This document shows positions 27,132 through 37,683 of a DNA stretch of 64,000 nt, in pieces. This DNA is from Sarea resinae (taxonomy: Eukaryota): positions 124,001-188,000 of the forward strand of contig JAPEUD010000005.1 in the NCBI GenBank assembly GCA_026026165.1. Reading direction: 5' to 3'. How positions within the stretch are numbered: the stretch's first letter is position 1; every line of letters begins with the position of its first letter. A program made the translations under genes and the position numbers. The notes under the pieces are model-generated. The model did no database searches. It saw only the letters and a program-made list of their open reading frames with translations, and was not told where the DNA came from.

Positions 27132-28334
27132 GTTCTTGTTAAGAATTTAGTCTTAAAAATCATATATATCAATTTTCATATAATTTGTTACCAGTGAAAT
27201 AGGCGTGGCACCTACCTTATGGTGCAGGAGTCTGCGTACGATTATTAGGTTAAACTGTACTTTCGCGCCTGATTCGGCACGTCGGCTCCGGATCTATTAG
27301 ATCCATGGCTTTCGTCGATTATTATATGTGACCACGGAGCCGTTCTCAGCCTTTGGTCGGTAAGGTACTTGTCATTCTTTACGCCCGGAGAAAGACTGGC
27401 GGTATGGATAGGTAAGATGTGGCGGTTGCGCCTAAGTTTGGCTGCGCATACAGAACAGAAGCAGCAATGTCCCCGCAGCATTCTACATTCTACATTCTAC
27501 ATTGATTACATGCGCCGCACCCATACATTTTGAAACAAGTGATTCCTTTCCTGGTCTTCCGGTCGAATTGATAGTCTCCCCCCAGCCTACAACGATCACG
27601 TTGCGCCGATAAGCAGCATCATGTGATGAGTTGGACCGACTCCGATTTGTTGATGGGACGACACCTTGTCAAGCAAAGCATGTCGCTGGACGACAGGACA
27701 ACCTCGGAATCGCTTGTCTTGAAAGAAGATCTAGAACATACTATTCTATCACGGTATACATACTCAATCATGGCCAGCTACTGACGCGACTACCTAGGTT
27801 TTTAAAGACATGTCTATAAGACCAAGCGATCGGCTGACTTCAAAAGTGATGAAGATAAAAGTATACTAGATAGATATAATATTCAAATATTGAATTCAAT
27901 TCTTAAGATGTTAGAAAAAGAGAAAGTAATGTATAAATATTGGGCCTAGCCGTTAATGTCTTTAAAAGGAAGGAGAAGAGAAAGAAGAAAAAGTAATATT
28001 CAAGATTTCAAATGTCTAGACTAGCTGTTAAGATGTTAGAAGAAAGAGAAGATAGCAAGGCAGAGATCCTAACACTATCGAATACCTTACGTAAGATCAA
28101 GGGCATACATTCCCTAGGATGTTCTAAGCAAATACGCAGTGACTCACTAATCCTGCAGCCAAGCAGGACAGATAGATGTGGCGCAAAACCGTCATTCGTG
28201 AACCAATGGATCTGTGAATAATTCGCGCGATGGAGACGAGAAGTATCGCGCCTATTCCACTGGCAATAGATCAGAGACAAATCTTTATCTATCCTTCATC
28301 TATCTTACTTGTAATCAGATCTTCAACGAACAAA

Positions 28335-28425
28335 GGCCGGGTGGTTTAGTTGGTCATAACGTCTGCTTAACAGCGTAACAACCTGAACACGCAGAAGGTC
28401 GGGAGTTCGAACCTCCCCTTGGTCA
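28335..28425 (+). tRNA. tRNA-Val(AAC) with 17-nt intron (copy 2, inverted relative to copy 1)
   Basis: Identical to copy 1 except one intron base (TGAACA vs TGTACA); oligo-T terminator follows. Confidence 0.93.
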
Positions 28426-28531
28426 ATTTCTTTTTTGTTCTTTTTGCGAGGAGATTCTTTTGCTCACGATGCTTTTAATGACATTAGCAGGAATTAAGTA
28501 CTCTGAAGAGAACTTTTTATTTGTCCTTACG

Positions 28532-28675
28532 TGTTATGGTGCCTCCACGGTTATACCAGCACCACTGGTGGTACTAGGCCCCTGTAGCTTAGCGAGCTAG
28601 CATATCAGCGCGCTCGCTCACTTGGTTTAGGAATCAACCTTCTTACTATTCACTATTCGGACCGGGTTGCTTGCA
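28532..28675. mobile_element. ~144 bp insertion, probable solo LTR (TG...CA) with 5-bp TSD TTACG/TTACA
   Basis: Absent from the paralogous copy (CCTTACG|TGTGTTTT). Reads TTACG-TGTTATGG...GCTTGCA-TTACA-TGTGTTTT. Confidence 0.65.
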
Positions 28676-29503
28676 TTACATGTGTTTTATCTTATCTTTA
28701 ATAATTTAGACATCATTGTATCCTAGGTTTAGTACCCCTTGAGTTAGTCAGTTGTTAGCTAAACTATAACACCAGTAATCAATAAAAAGGCTTTAAAACA
28801 TAGCTTAGACACACTTATAGCTACACTTAATAATTCCCTTAATTCCTAGTCCTTCGCTCTAAATTCCTATCAACTAGCCTTTTGTCAGGAGCGCAGGTAC
28901 AGAGGTACTTGCGCAACGTACCTGTGGGGGCCACCAGAGTACGTAGCTACGTACTGGTAGTAAGTGCCGCGGAACGTGCCGACAGTGCAGTTCCCTACGT
29001 TAGGTGACAACTGCTGCTATATAGTAGGTAAACAGGTATAACTAGCCTAGGGGCTAGTTATAGTAGTCTTTTTGGCTCAGCTAGGTACTGATTTGCCTGT
29101 TTACAGTCCTCACACCTTTGTTAAATGTATTACAGATATGTAGTATTATACACCGCTAGAAGTGTCTAGCTAGTCGACATTGTTACACTATATGTACTAC
29201 TAAGAACTATATCTACAGAATTTAATCCTATTCTTTCTATATTAAATATAAAAATAAGCCCTTTAAGCTATTAGCTATTTAAGATATTAAGATTATTCCT
29301 AGCTTTAATTTATTAAACAATGATGGCTGTAGGTTGCTATAGTAAGGCTCCTCTATTCAAAATAGCCGAAAAGGTACTTCTAGGCATATTTCGATCTGGC
29401 TAGAGACTTCTGTCAGGGCATCATATATACTGTATAATTCACAGAGTGGTCGGCAAGACAGGCGCTTAGTCACAGCGTTGTATAAGGGAACTGTCTTGAT
29501 TGG

Positions 29504-29574
29504 CTGTTTGCAACGACATCTGTTTGCAACGACATCTGTTTGCAACGACATCTGTTTGCAACGACATCTGTTTG
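29504..29574. repeat. 16-bp tandem repeat (CTGTTTGCAACGACAT) x ~4.4
   Basis: Perfect copies at 29504, 29520, 29536 and 29552 plus a partial copy. Confidence 0.95.
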
Positions 29575-29599
29575 TCAGGGGCTGCTCTTGTTCTAGAGC

Positions 29600-30610
29600 A
29601 GCGCAGGGGCAGCTCCCAGATGGCAACGTCAAGGCATCTCCTGTATTGGGAATCCTCCCCATCTCATCAGAGGCGTACTTACATGATGACGATGCTCTAG
29701 ATTGACTTCCAGCGTGGGCGGACTTCAGGCGCTTTAGTGCTTGATTGTATGCGGGGTTTCCATGGATGTGTGCCGGCGTATCAAGAGAATTAAATTTGCC
29801 AAGCCTAAACTTCGTCAGAAAGGGCGCTGTGTGAGGGCCACTATCGTTGGAATACATTGGAACCTGGTGAACAGAGCACCCTCTTTGATTTTCGATTGCT
29901 GCCCTTTGCTGGGGGGTCCCGGTGTTATCAATACTAAATGCATTGAGGATTGTCTAGAGTATCGAGGAAGAGCAATACACCTGCATTGGATGGGGTCAAG
30001 CTTACTATTCCCATGAGCAAGGATGGATTAGAAGCTGATTCAACTCGATGGGAAAATGATCATCGACCTGGTAGCTCTCAAATAGTCCACGAACGAGCAA
30101 ACCCCCAATGTCTCGGTCATGAGAGGGTTGGCTCTCCAAGGAACTTGGCCGCTGTGTGATCTGCTGTCGTGTCTCGGCATTCGTATTGTTTTGAGGCCTA
30201 GTCTGAGCTTGAGCTCATTCAAAAGCAAGCATTACACGGAGAATGCTTCGATTTGGTCGGGATGCCCTTTGATTTGCTTCGTGATACCGGAAACGGGAGA
30301 ACGAATGAGCACAGACCTTGTTCGCTGCAGAACGGCTTGCTTATTCCAAGGACTGATTCGATGATATAGGGCAGTCCAGAAAAGGAACGACGATCACTCT
30401 GAAGATACTGCGACACACCCCATAATGTCTTACGCTAGAATCCAGCCACGAGTCTTATCCGAGGGCGCATTCGCGGCGTGGGTGAAGTCTAGATGAGTGG
30501 TCGGCAACCTGTGTAGACGTTCGTCATCGCCTATCTACCGCTGGGGTGAAGTCTAGATGAATGGCCGGCAAGCAGTGCAAAGGTCCGTCTCGGTGCCCAT
30601 TCACTCACCG
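29600..30610 (-). pseudogene. Degenerate multi-exon gene of unknown function, divergent from the helicase
   Basis: Protein-like segments (SHDRDIGGLLVRGLFESYQVDDHFPIELNQLLIHPCSWE; TILNAFSIDNTGTPQQRAAIENQ...KFRLGKFNSLDTPAHIHGNPAYNQALKRLKS), minus-strand GTGAGT/GTAAGC/GTAAGT donors and in-frame stops. Confidence 0.4.
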
Positions 30611-30701
30611 CCAGGGTTTGCTTATTCTGAAGGGTTGAAGTATTTAAACACCCTTCCTCCACCACATTCTCTCCTCTTTTCTTCTTTTGCTCTGTCGTCC
30701 A

Positions 30702-30847
30702 AGGCCGCACTCGCGGTAAAAGTCTCCTCTCTTTGGCCGCACTCGCGGCAAGAACATCACCCTCTTTGGCTGCACTCGCGGCAAAAACATCACCCTCTTT
30801 GGCTGCACTCGCGGCAAGAACATCACCCTCTTTGGCTGCACTCGCAT
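30702..30847. repeat. 33-bp tandem repeat (GGCTGCACTCGCGGCAAGAACATCACCCTCTTT) x ~4.4 in divergent promoter/5' region
   Basis: Directly visible; shows as an 11-aa periodicity in the ORF track. A related motif recurs at 37329 and 37392. Confidence 0.93.
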
Positions 30848-31417
30848 TAACAAACAATCTCATCGGCTACTCGCAAGAAGGCAATTCTGGTCCGTCTTCT
30901 ACCGAACAGGTACGTTGGTATTCATCATATTGGACCCATTTCATCTCACTCTCACTTCACTCTCACTTCACTCACAACGCTCTTTGTCCAACTCCATTGA
31001 TTGGAAGTGAGTCGTAGCCATTCACTCCGTCCCGGCACACTTCGCTTGTCAAATACAAAACTGTCACCTCTCCCTCTTCCTCTTCCACTTATAAGTTCTC
31101 TTCCACTTCCTCTTCAGCACACACACCCGATCTCTATCCATTCCATCATCTCATTTCATCATCGTCTATCAGACAACCAGATCACATACCTCTTCACATC
31201 TCATAAGGCTCATATCAGACCCTTCCGTCAGAGTAAGTTCAGCATGATTTATTCCTGCTCGATCACTGTCAATGATGCTTCTACTCTTCATGATCAAACA
31301 CGTCATCTCGTTCTCGATCGGATCATGTTCAAGTGACATCTCAATTGTTATCATCATTAGTCTCGAGTTTGTTAGGCTCATCCATCAAAACCTCGCTAAT
31401 ACTATTGAAGCTTCAGT

Positions 31418-34400
31418 ATGGCAGACGACTGGGCACAAGCGGCTCTTGATCCAGCCTGGGGGACAGCTGGCGAGCCTTCCGATACAACCAGTAAGTGATC
31501 TCAACTTTTTTTTCGTTATGCCGCGATGACTAATTTCATCTAGATGCTCCGGCCGCGGAGCCAGACTCCTGGGGTGCAGAAGCCCAGCAAGATGCCGCTC
31601 CCGATGAACTTCAAGGTAATGTCCGCTCATCTTTTGCAGGGCCTCTGATACTAATTCAAGTTTGATTGATTTAGACATCCTTCCCGAATTGAAGTTAAAT
31701 GAGCGCGAGCGCAAACCCCCTTAGGGGCATGGACCGCAAAATGGTTCTGAAGGGCCGCAATCTCGCTATCACTCTTCAAGCTGCGAAAGAAGATGGTACC
31801 TTTGCAGAGCTTGGTGAAGACATTCGCTTGCACCTTCGTTTCAAAGACGGATTGCCGAGAGTTGTCGTTGAGAGCACTCTGAAGGCTGATCCTTCGCCAC
31901 GCAAATTCGCTCTACAGTTCGATCGTTTAGAGAATGTCACCGTCACCAGACAAGCTGTCCTACAGTTTAACGCTCACTTTGGCACGCATTATACCTTCTC
32001 TGAGCCTACACCTGAAGAGAAAGGTAGGCCCGCGTCGCCGCTTGAGTCTACGTTTAGGAGTCGCGATTTCACTTTCTAGACCATCACCACCAACCGGAAA
32101 ATGGTCGATGGCTTTGTCAAGCCCAAATCTGGTCCTAAGCTATCTCACTAGGAGAAGTGGAATCCTCCTTATTGGTTTAACGAAATTCAAATGTGTCACA
32201 ACAATTTCGAGTCCCGTTGTCGAGATTGGGCCCACAACTTCCTCTCTCAGCTTACAGAACAACAAGCAGCAGAGCTTAATAAGAAGACTTCTGAAACGGC
32301 TGTTGTCACTGCCACATTCCACGTTCAGCGCGCCGATCCAACAATCCCTGATGAGGAAGGAGTCACTCAACTCTACGTTTGGTTCCTGACTTTCGTGCGA
32401 CCAAAGGACCTGAAGCTGGTGGTTGGGAATCTGGTCGAAATCGAAGGTAGTGGTCTATTCGATGAAAAAGCTGATTTTTCTGCCCACAGCGAAGCCAGCA
32501 AAGGATAGAAAGGGATCATCGTGAGTCACTAAGTCGAAGAGGATATTCTCAATATGAGGATCCTCAACAAAGTTACCTACGACGCCAAGAAGGCCGGTCA
32601 TGGAACCTTGGACCTTACGCTGAAAGCTGATCTCAATGACTCTGAACACAAGCGAGCTGCAGCGGCTAGGCACCAAGCTTACATGAAGATAGTGCCACTT
32701 GATGTAGCAAAGCGAGAGTCGCGCGGACAGGCATACAGCGACCTCTCTGTCTCACGTCACAACATCAATGTCACGTCTCTCCTCTTCGAAGATAAGGAAC
32801 TCCCAACGTTCGACGAGCCTGTGGTCATCGAAGGGACGGATCTCGCCGACATTCCTCAGAAGGCTCGACCGCTCAATGAGCAGCAAAAAGCTGCACTCCA
32901 GGTGAGAAGGCTTGTATAGCTCTATATTGGCGATTGTTTCACTTACGCGATCAATGCAGGCCGCTTGTTCATCGGCTAGAGGCATGCTGGTCGTCAATAG
33001 GCCTCTGGGAACTAGCAAGTCACAATTTCTGTCCCAGCTAGCTCTCCTGCTCGCGAAGTCAGGCAAACGAGTCCTTATCAGTTCGGTCACGAATGAAGCT
33101 ACAAACGCCATTGCCGCCAAGATTGTCCAGACCGCTGAGGAAGAGGGTGTGAGCTTGCCAGACTTAGTTCGCCTCTAGTCCGACAGTCACATGAAATTGT
33201 CCCTACTACTAGATCGCCAACTTGTCAATGTCAACTCTAGCCTAGAAGATGAAGACGATCCGGCCACTGAATTAATTCTTACAAAGCACAAGCTTATGAA
33301 CAAGAGACTGGCACTCGCCCGCTCGCGACAAACCAAAGATGACATTGAATACCTTCGCCTATTCGATATTATCCGGACCCAGTCTTTCTTTGCCAACGAC
33401 AGAGAAGCAAGAGAGTTCAACCGGTTGACCAAAAATCTGACAAAAGAACTTTACGAAGTTGCTATGATCGTTTGCTCGACAACGGCCGGGGCAAACAATC
33501 TATACCTGGTAGACACATTTGATCCATTTGCAGCATTTTTGGATGAGTCTGCTCACGCCCGGGACGACCAAGCTTTAAATGCCTTTGTATGGTTCCCAAG
33601 GATCCGATTACTCGTATTCGCAGGTGACCCTCGACAGCTCCCACCCTTCCTCTTCAATGAGGGTGCCTGTCAAGGTAATTCTGAGGGCGGGAAATCCATT
33701 CACGAACGCCTCGAAACACAAGGGTTCGTCGGACTTGTCCAACTCTGTGTGCAGCATCGAATGGAGGGGGAGCTAGTCGAGTTTATCAGCGATGAGTTCT
33801 ACCAAGGCTCACTTATCACAGCAGACCACATTCTTGCCGGCCGGCCCTACTTGGCTCTATTGAAAGAACAAGTCCTTAGGAACAAGCCGCCGACCATGCG
33901 CTCAGTGACAATAGATAGTCTCGATCTTTTTTTCAATGTGAAGAACGGCGTTGCGCACCAAGAAGCAGGCGGCTCAACAGTCAACCCAACAGAGACGTCT
34001 GTAACGATTACTATCATCCTTATTCTTATTGACCGCGGCGTCGCGGCTTCGGACATCCTGGTACTGTCAGCTTACGATGCACAACGCTGGGCGATAATTG
34101 AGAAAATACGACGACTAGCCTCAAAAGGATTCTGTTCTCTACTGGACGTGCATATCAGAAACATCGACAGGGCTCAGGGAATAGAAAATAAGGTCGTTCT
34201 GTTCTGCACATCCAAAGCTGACGGCAAAATTGGCTTCTTAGGGCAACCCAACCAGATGAATGTGGCCCTTTCACAGGCCCAATACGCTCGTTTCGTTATA
34301 GGCAGTTGGGACTTCTGGACAAACAATGCCGCCGACACTTCTATCGGTCGCTTCTGTGAGCATATAGAGTACAGTAGAAAGGTCTGCGCTCTGTCTTAGA

Positions 34401-34875
34401 CAGAAGAAGACAAGGCATGGCTCCGAACTCTTAGTAAGGACACCAAGCACCTTACTGTCGGGCCTACCTCTGAGTCTCCCCCCGAACCTACCTCTGACTC
34501 TGAGGCTTCTTTTGGGACCACTTCCGAACACTTTTCTGATCTTGTCTCTGAGTCTACCGAACGTATCAACGAGCCTACCGAGCCTGTTTCTGAGTCTGCT
34601 GTACAGCTTATAGAAAAGCTCACAATCCAACGAAAAGAGAACGAATTAAAGCAAGAGAAGCTCAAACTGGAGCACAATGACCTCGAGAAGCGCATCAAAG
34701 ATGCCGAAGATAATCTTGCCGAGAACCGCAAAGGTAACTAGACAGCCAATGCTAGATATCTTGAGCTAACAGGTGTCCAGCTCCTGCTAGTGCTCCTACT
34801 CCCGCTCATACTCTAACTCCTACTCCTGCTTCAGCCAACGGCCCAGAAAACACCGCATATGAGAAGCTCAATTAG
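31418..34875 (+). pseudogene. Upf1/DNA2/NAM7-like superfamily 1 helicase, RIP-inactivated
   Basis: LNEQQKAA; Walker A VNRPLGTSKS (from GPPGTGKS); VLISSVTNEATNAI; IVCSTT; FLDESAH; FAGDPRQLPP; SIHERL; LCVQHRM...ISDEFYQGSL; STVNPTE; ILVLSAYDAQR; IDRAQGIENKVVLF; IGFL..PNQMNVALSQA (from NRMNVALSRA). In-frame TAG at 32077, 32506, 33176 and 34397; several introns. Confidence 0.88.
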
Positions 34876-34949
34876 TGATGATGGGAAAGAAATTGCCAGC
34901 TTCCTTTGCAAGATGTCTATCTTCAGTGCTGGTTCTATTCCTTTGGCGC

Positions 34950-37073
34950 GTGTTCTTTCATCAGGATTGTTGCATCCCTACATGACGTTGCGTCCGTTTA
35001 CTTTGTATCTAGATCTAGTTGAATGAAATCTCTAATTCGAAAGATTGCTCCTGCAAGCTGTGACAATTCGTTAGAAGAAAGGCTGTGATGTCTGACTAAA
35101 GAGCCCGAGTACCAGTAACATAGAGCGTTTGCAAGCATCTAGACGACCACGGAACAGAAAAAAAGAGCGCCCACTTCTAGCATCTAAAAAGCAATCCCAT
35201 GATCGGTTTGGCTATGGGCGAGCGAGCCGTTGCATCGAGGTAAGCATGTGAGGCACACCACGGTCAATCATCTTTCGCGTGACATGGAGCAGATGCTAGA
35301 AAGACTAGGTTTCCGAGCTTGAAGGTCGTGGTGTGCTTCGATGATATGATCACTATATACGCCGATTGAAGGCACTCATTCCAATCTAAGAAGTTATCGT
35401 ATCACAGGTGGATGCTAGAACCTTTGGGCTAGCTAGAGAACACATAGCCTGAAATTCTCATGAAGGCAGTCATGGGCCTTGGCTCAGAATGCCTCCCCAA
35501 GTACGATTCCAAGGACACTCAACGCTGACCAGCATAGGAGAATGACTAGCAGGGAGCGATACTTTGCGAGCGGCAGGAGAAATTGCAGTGTGTTCATTGC
35601 CTAGAGCTAATAGAACAGGCCGCTCGACTGTCGGAAAGGATAAAGACATTGTATAGAGCGATAGAGATGCAAATAACGTTTGACTACAGAGTACTATAAG
35701 TTGTTTCCAAGGTATGCGCAACTACAATCATGGCCCTTCTTCTTATATTGGATGGAAGTGGCCAGGCCGTGGGTTGTTCTGCGAGGATTAGGAGGTAAAT
35801 GTGGCTGCTGCTAACTCGGAGTGGAAAATTCGATCACTGTAACAGCAAGCAGGGGACATATGGTAACAGCCACACAAACCGATAATTCGTGGCCATGTTC
35901 ATTATGTTCGTTTAGAGCAACAGAGTCTCGTGTAGTGGTGGGTGGAACAGCAGCGTAAAGTGTTGATGCTGTGATGAAGGAAATGTTGAACATCTCGTTC
36001 ATTCTATACGAAGATGATTTTACAGACCCGTCGCACCTGATAGAAACCCTATGGGTCCAGCGTTGGCTAAGCACAGTATGTTGTAGAGAGTAGCCTCATC
36101 TGCGAGGGAGAATAAAATCGACAAATGTCAGACTCTCAGACTCTCGGACGAAAGACTGAGTGGGCATAGTGTTCACTAGGGATGAACTCCGTGGTCTGGA
36201 ACGAAAGGTCTTCATAAAGAAGGGCGCTGGCGCAACCAAGCATTTCACAAATATCAACTTTCAAAGATTCGTTGAGATTCATATTAGCAGACGTACACCT
36301 GTCCACACCGAAGAGCTTCTTCATAGCGTCGCACAAGAAATCGCTGCAACCAAATATCTAGGACAGAATGGAAATCTTGTAATGTGGGATTTGTTGCCGA
36401 GGAGTTTGACGAGTACTTGCGCAAGAAGCTGAATAAGAAGTTGAGCAGCAAGTAATAAGCTTAGAAAAGTTGGAGAATAGTGACAAGAACTAGGGTATGT
36501 TATTACTAGGAAAGCATATACCAGCGGGGGAAGGGCAGTCTGATTTGCACAACGCCAGCAATTGTATCCCTAACACGACTGCACCTGGGAGATCATTAAA
36601 GCCTTGACCGCCCTGCGAAAGTGAAAAGCGAGAATTCTATGTGTCATGGTCGGCATCTGCAAAGCAAGCGTGCACGCTCATGCCGAGAAGGCGGCCCCGG
36701 CCAGTGGACGACATGGGCGAGATCCTGCGATACTGTGATGTCAGAAGAAAGGTGCACTTGGCTGATCGTCCTTTATCTGAACCAGGGGCAGAGTATCGAC
36801 TGAATATGTTAAACAAGATTCTCATTAGCCGCAGTAACGAATTCAATGCTAGGGAATAGAATACACCTTAGATTTGAGCAGAAGTCAGAAACGATCATCG
36901 ATTTCAATACAGTGATCTGCAGATCGTGGTTTCACGACAGTCTTCTTCTTCCCTTTCATGATTAGGAAATATGGCCGATCTAAAGCCTCATTCCCAAAAC
37001 AACATATTCGAGACTCAACATAAAAGTCTCTTTCAGATCCTAAATCTCTTACTGTGTTGTACAGATACAGCAT
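34950..37073 (-). pseudogene. Degenerate coding-like region of unknown function (strand uncertain), probably divergent from the GIY-YIG gene
   Basis: Minus-strand start MLYLYNTVRDLGSERDFYVESRICCFGNEALDRPYFLIMKG..., intron-like GTGTAT...GCTAAT...CAG and fragmented protein-like frames. No family recognised. Confidence 0.3.
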
Positions 37074-37683
37074 CTTGATTTTGACAGAGATAAGTCCTGT
37101 CTAGAAGAGATTATAACGATTTGAGGTGGTCGGTAGTACTTCGTACCTGAGCACCTCACCTGGGCAGATTAACTACCTGTAAGTACCTACGTGAGGAAAG
37201 GGCGTAATAGAAACGTCCGATTCACAGGACCTCCTTCGAGGCCTGTATCGTTTATCGTCGACACAGATCTATTACAACTACTTCTTTAGAACTATAGGCA
37301 ACACTCGTTGCAAGACTCCCTCACTAATGGCCGCACTCGCGGCAAGAAATATCATCTTTGGCAACTCTCGTTGCAAGACTTCCTCACCAACCGCCGCACT
37401 AGCGGTAAGAAGCATGGTATTTTGCATCGTGCTGCTCCATGAGGTAAGCTATAGCCTTTACTTTAATCATCTCGTCTATTGCTTCGAATTTCGCCGGGAA
37501 AGTACGTTCTGCTTCAGGACAGGCCATGACAATATGACTAGCAAGAGCACTGATTCCTCTTTCCGCTCTGCCTAGTTCGTCCTATAAGCGTTTGGTAATT
37601 TCGAACACCAATGTTTTCGTTCAACAATATCTCTCTTCTTATATCCTGCTCCTCGCCAATGTCTTCTATCTATCTTCAGCATC

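Larger units (their letters stand above)
28335..28873 (+). repeat. Inverted duplication of ~26733-27131 (tRNA-Val, DAL3 promoter and first DAL3 codons), interrupted by an insertion; distal part RIP-mutated
   Basis: 28426-28531 matches the reverse complement of 26935-27040 with ~3 differences. 28681-28873 matches the reverse complement of ~26733-26934 with many C>T/G>A changes. Confidence 0.92.

Noticed and set aside
17450..28425. Functional link between the TFIIIC subunit gene and nearby tRNA genes
   Set aside because: They are separated by unrelated core genes; the proximity is most simply chance.
30702..30847. 33-bp and 16-bp arrays as CRISPR-like arrays
   Set aside because: Head-to-tail repeats without unique spacers, in a eukaryote, with no cas genes.
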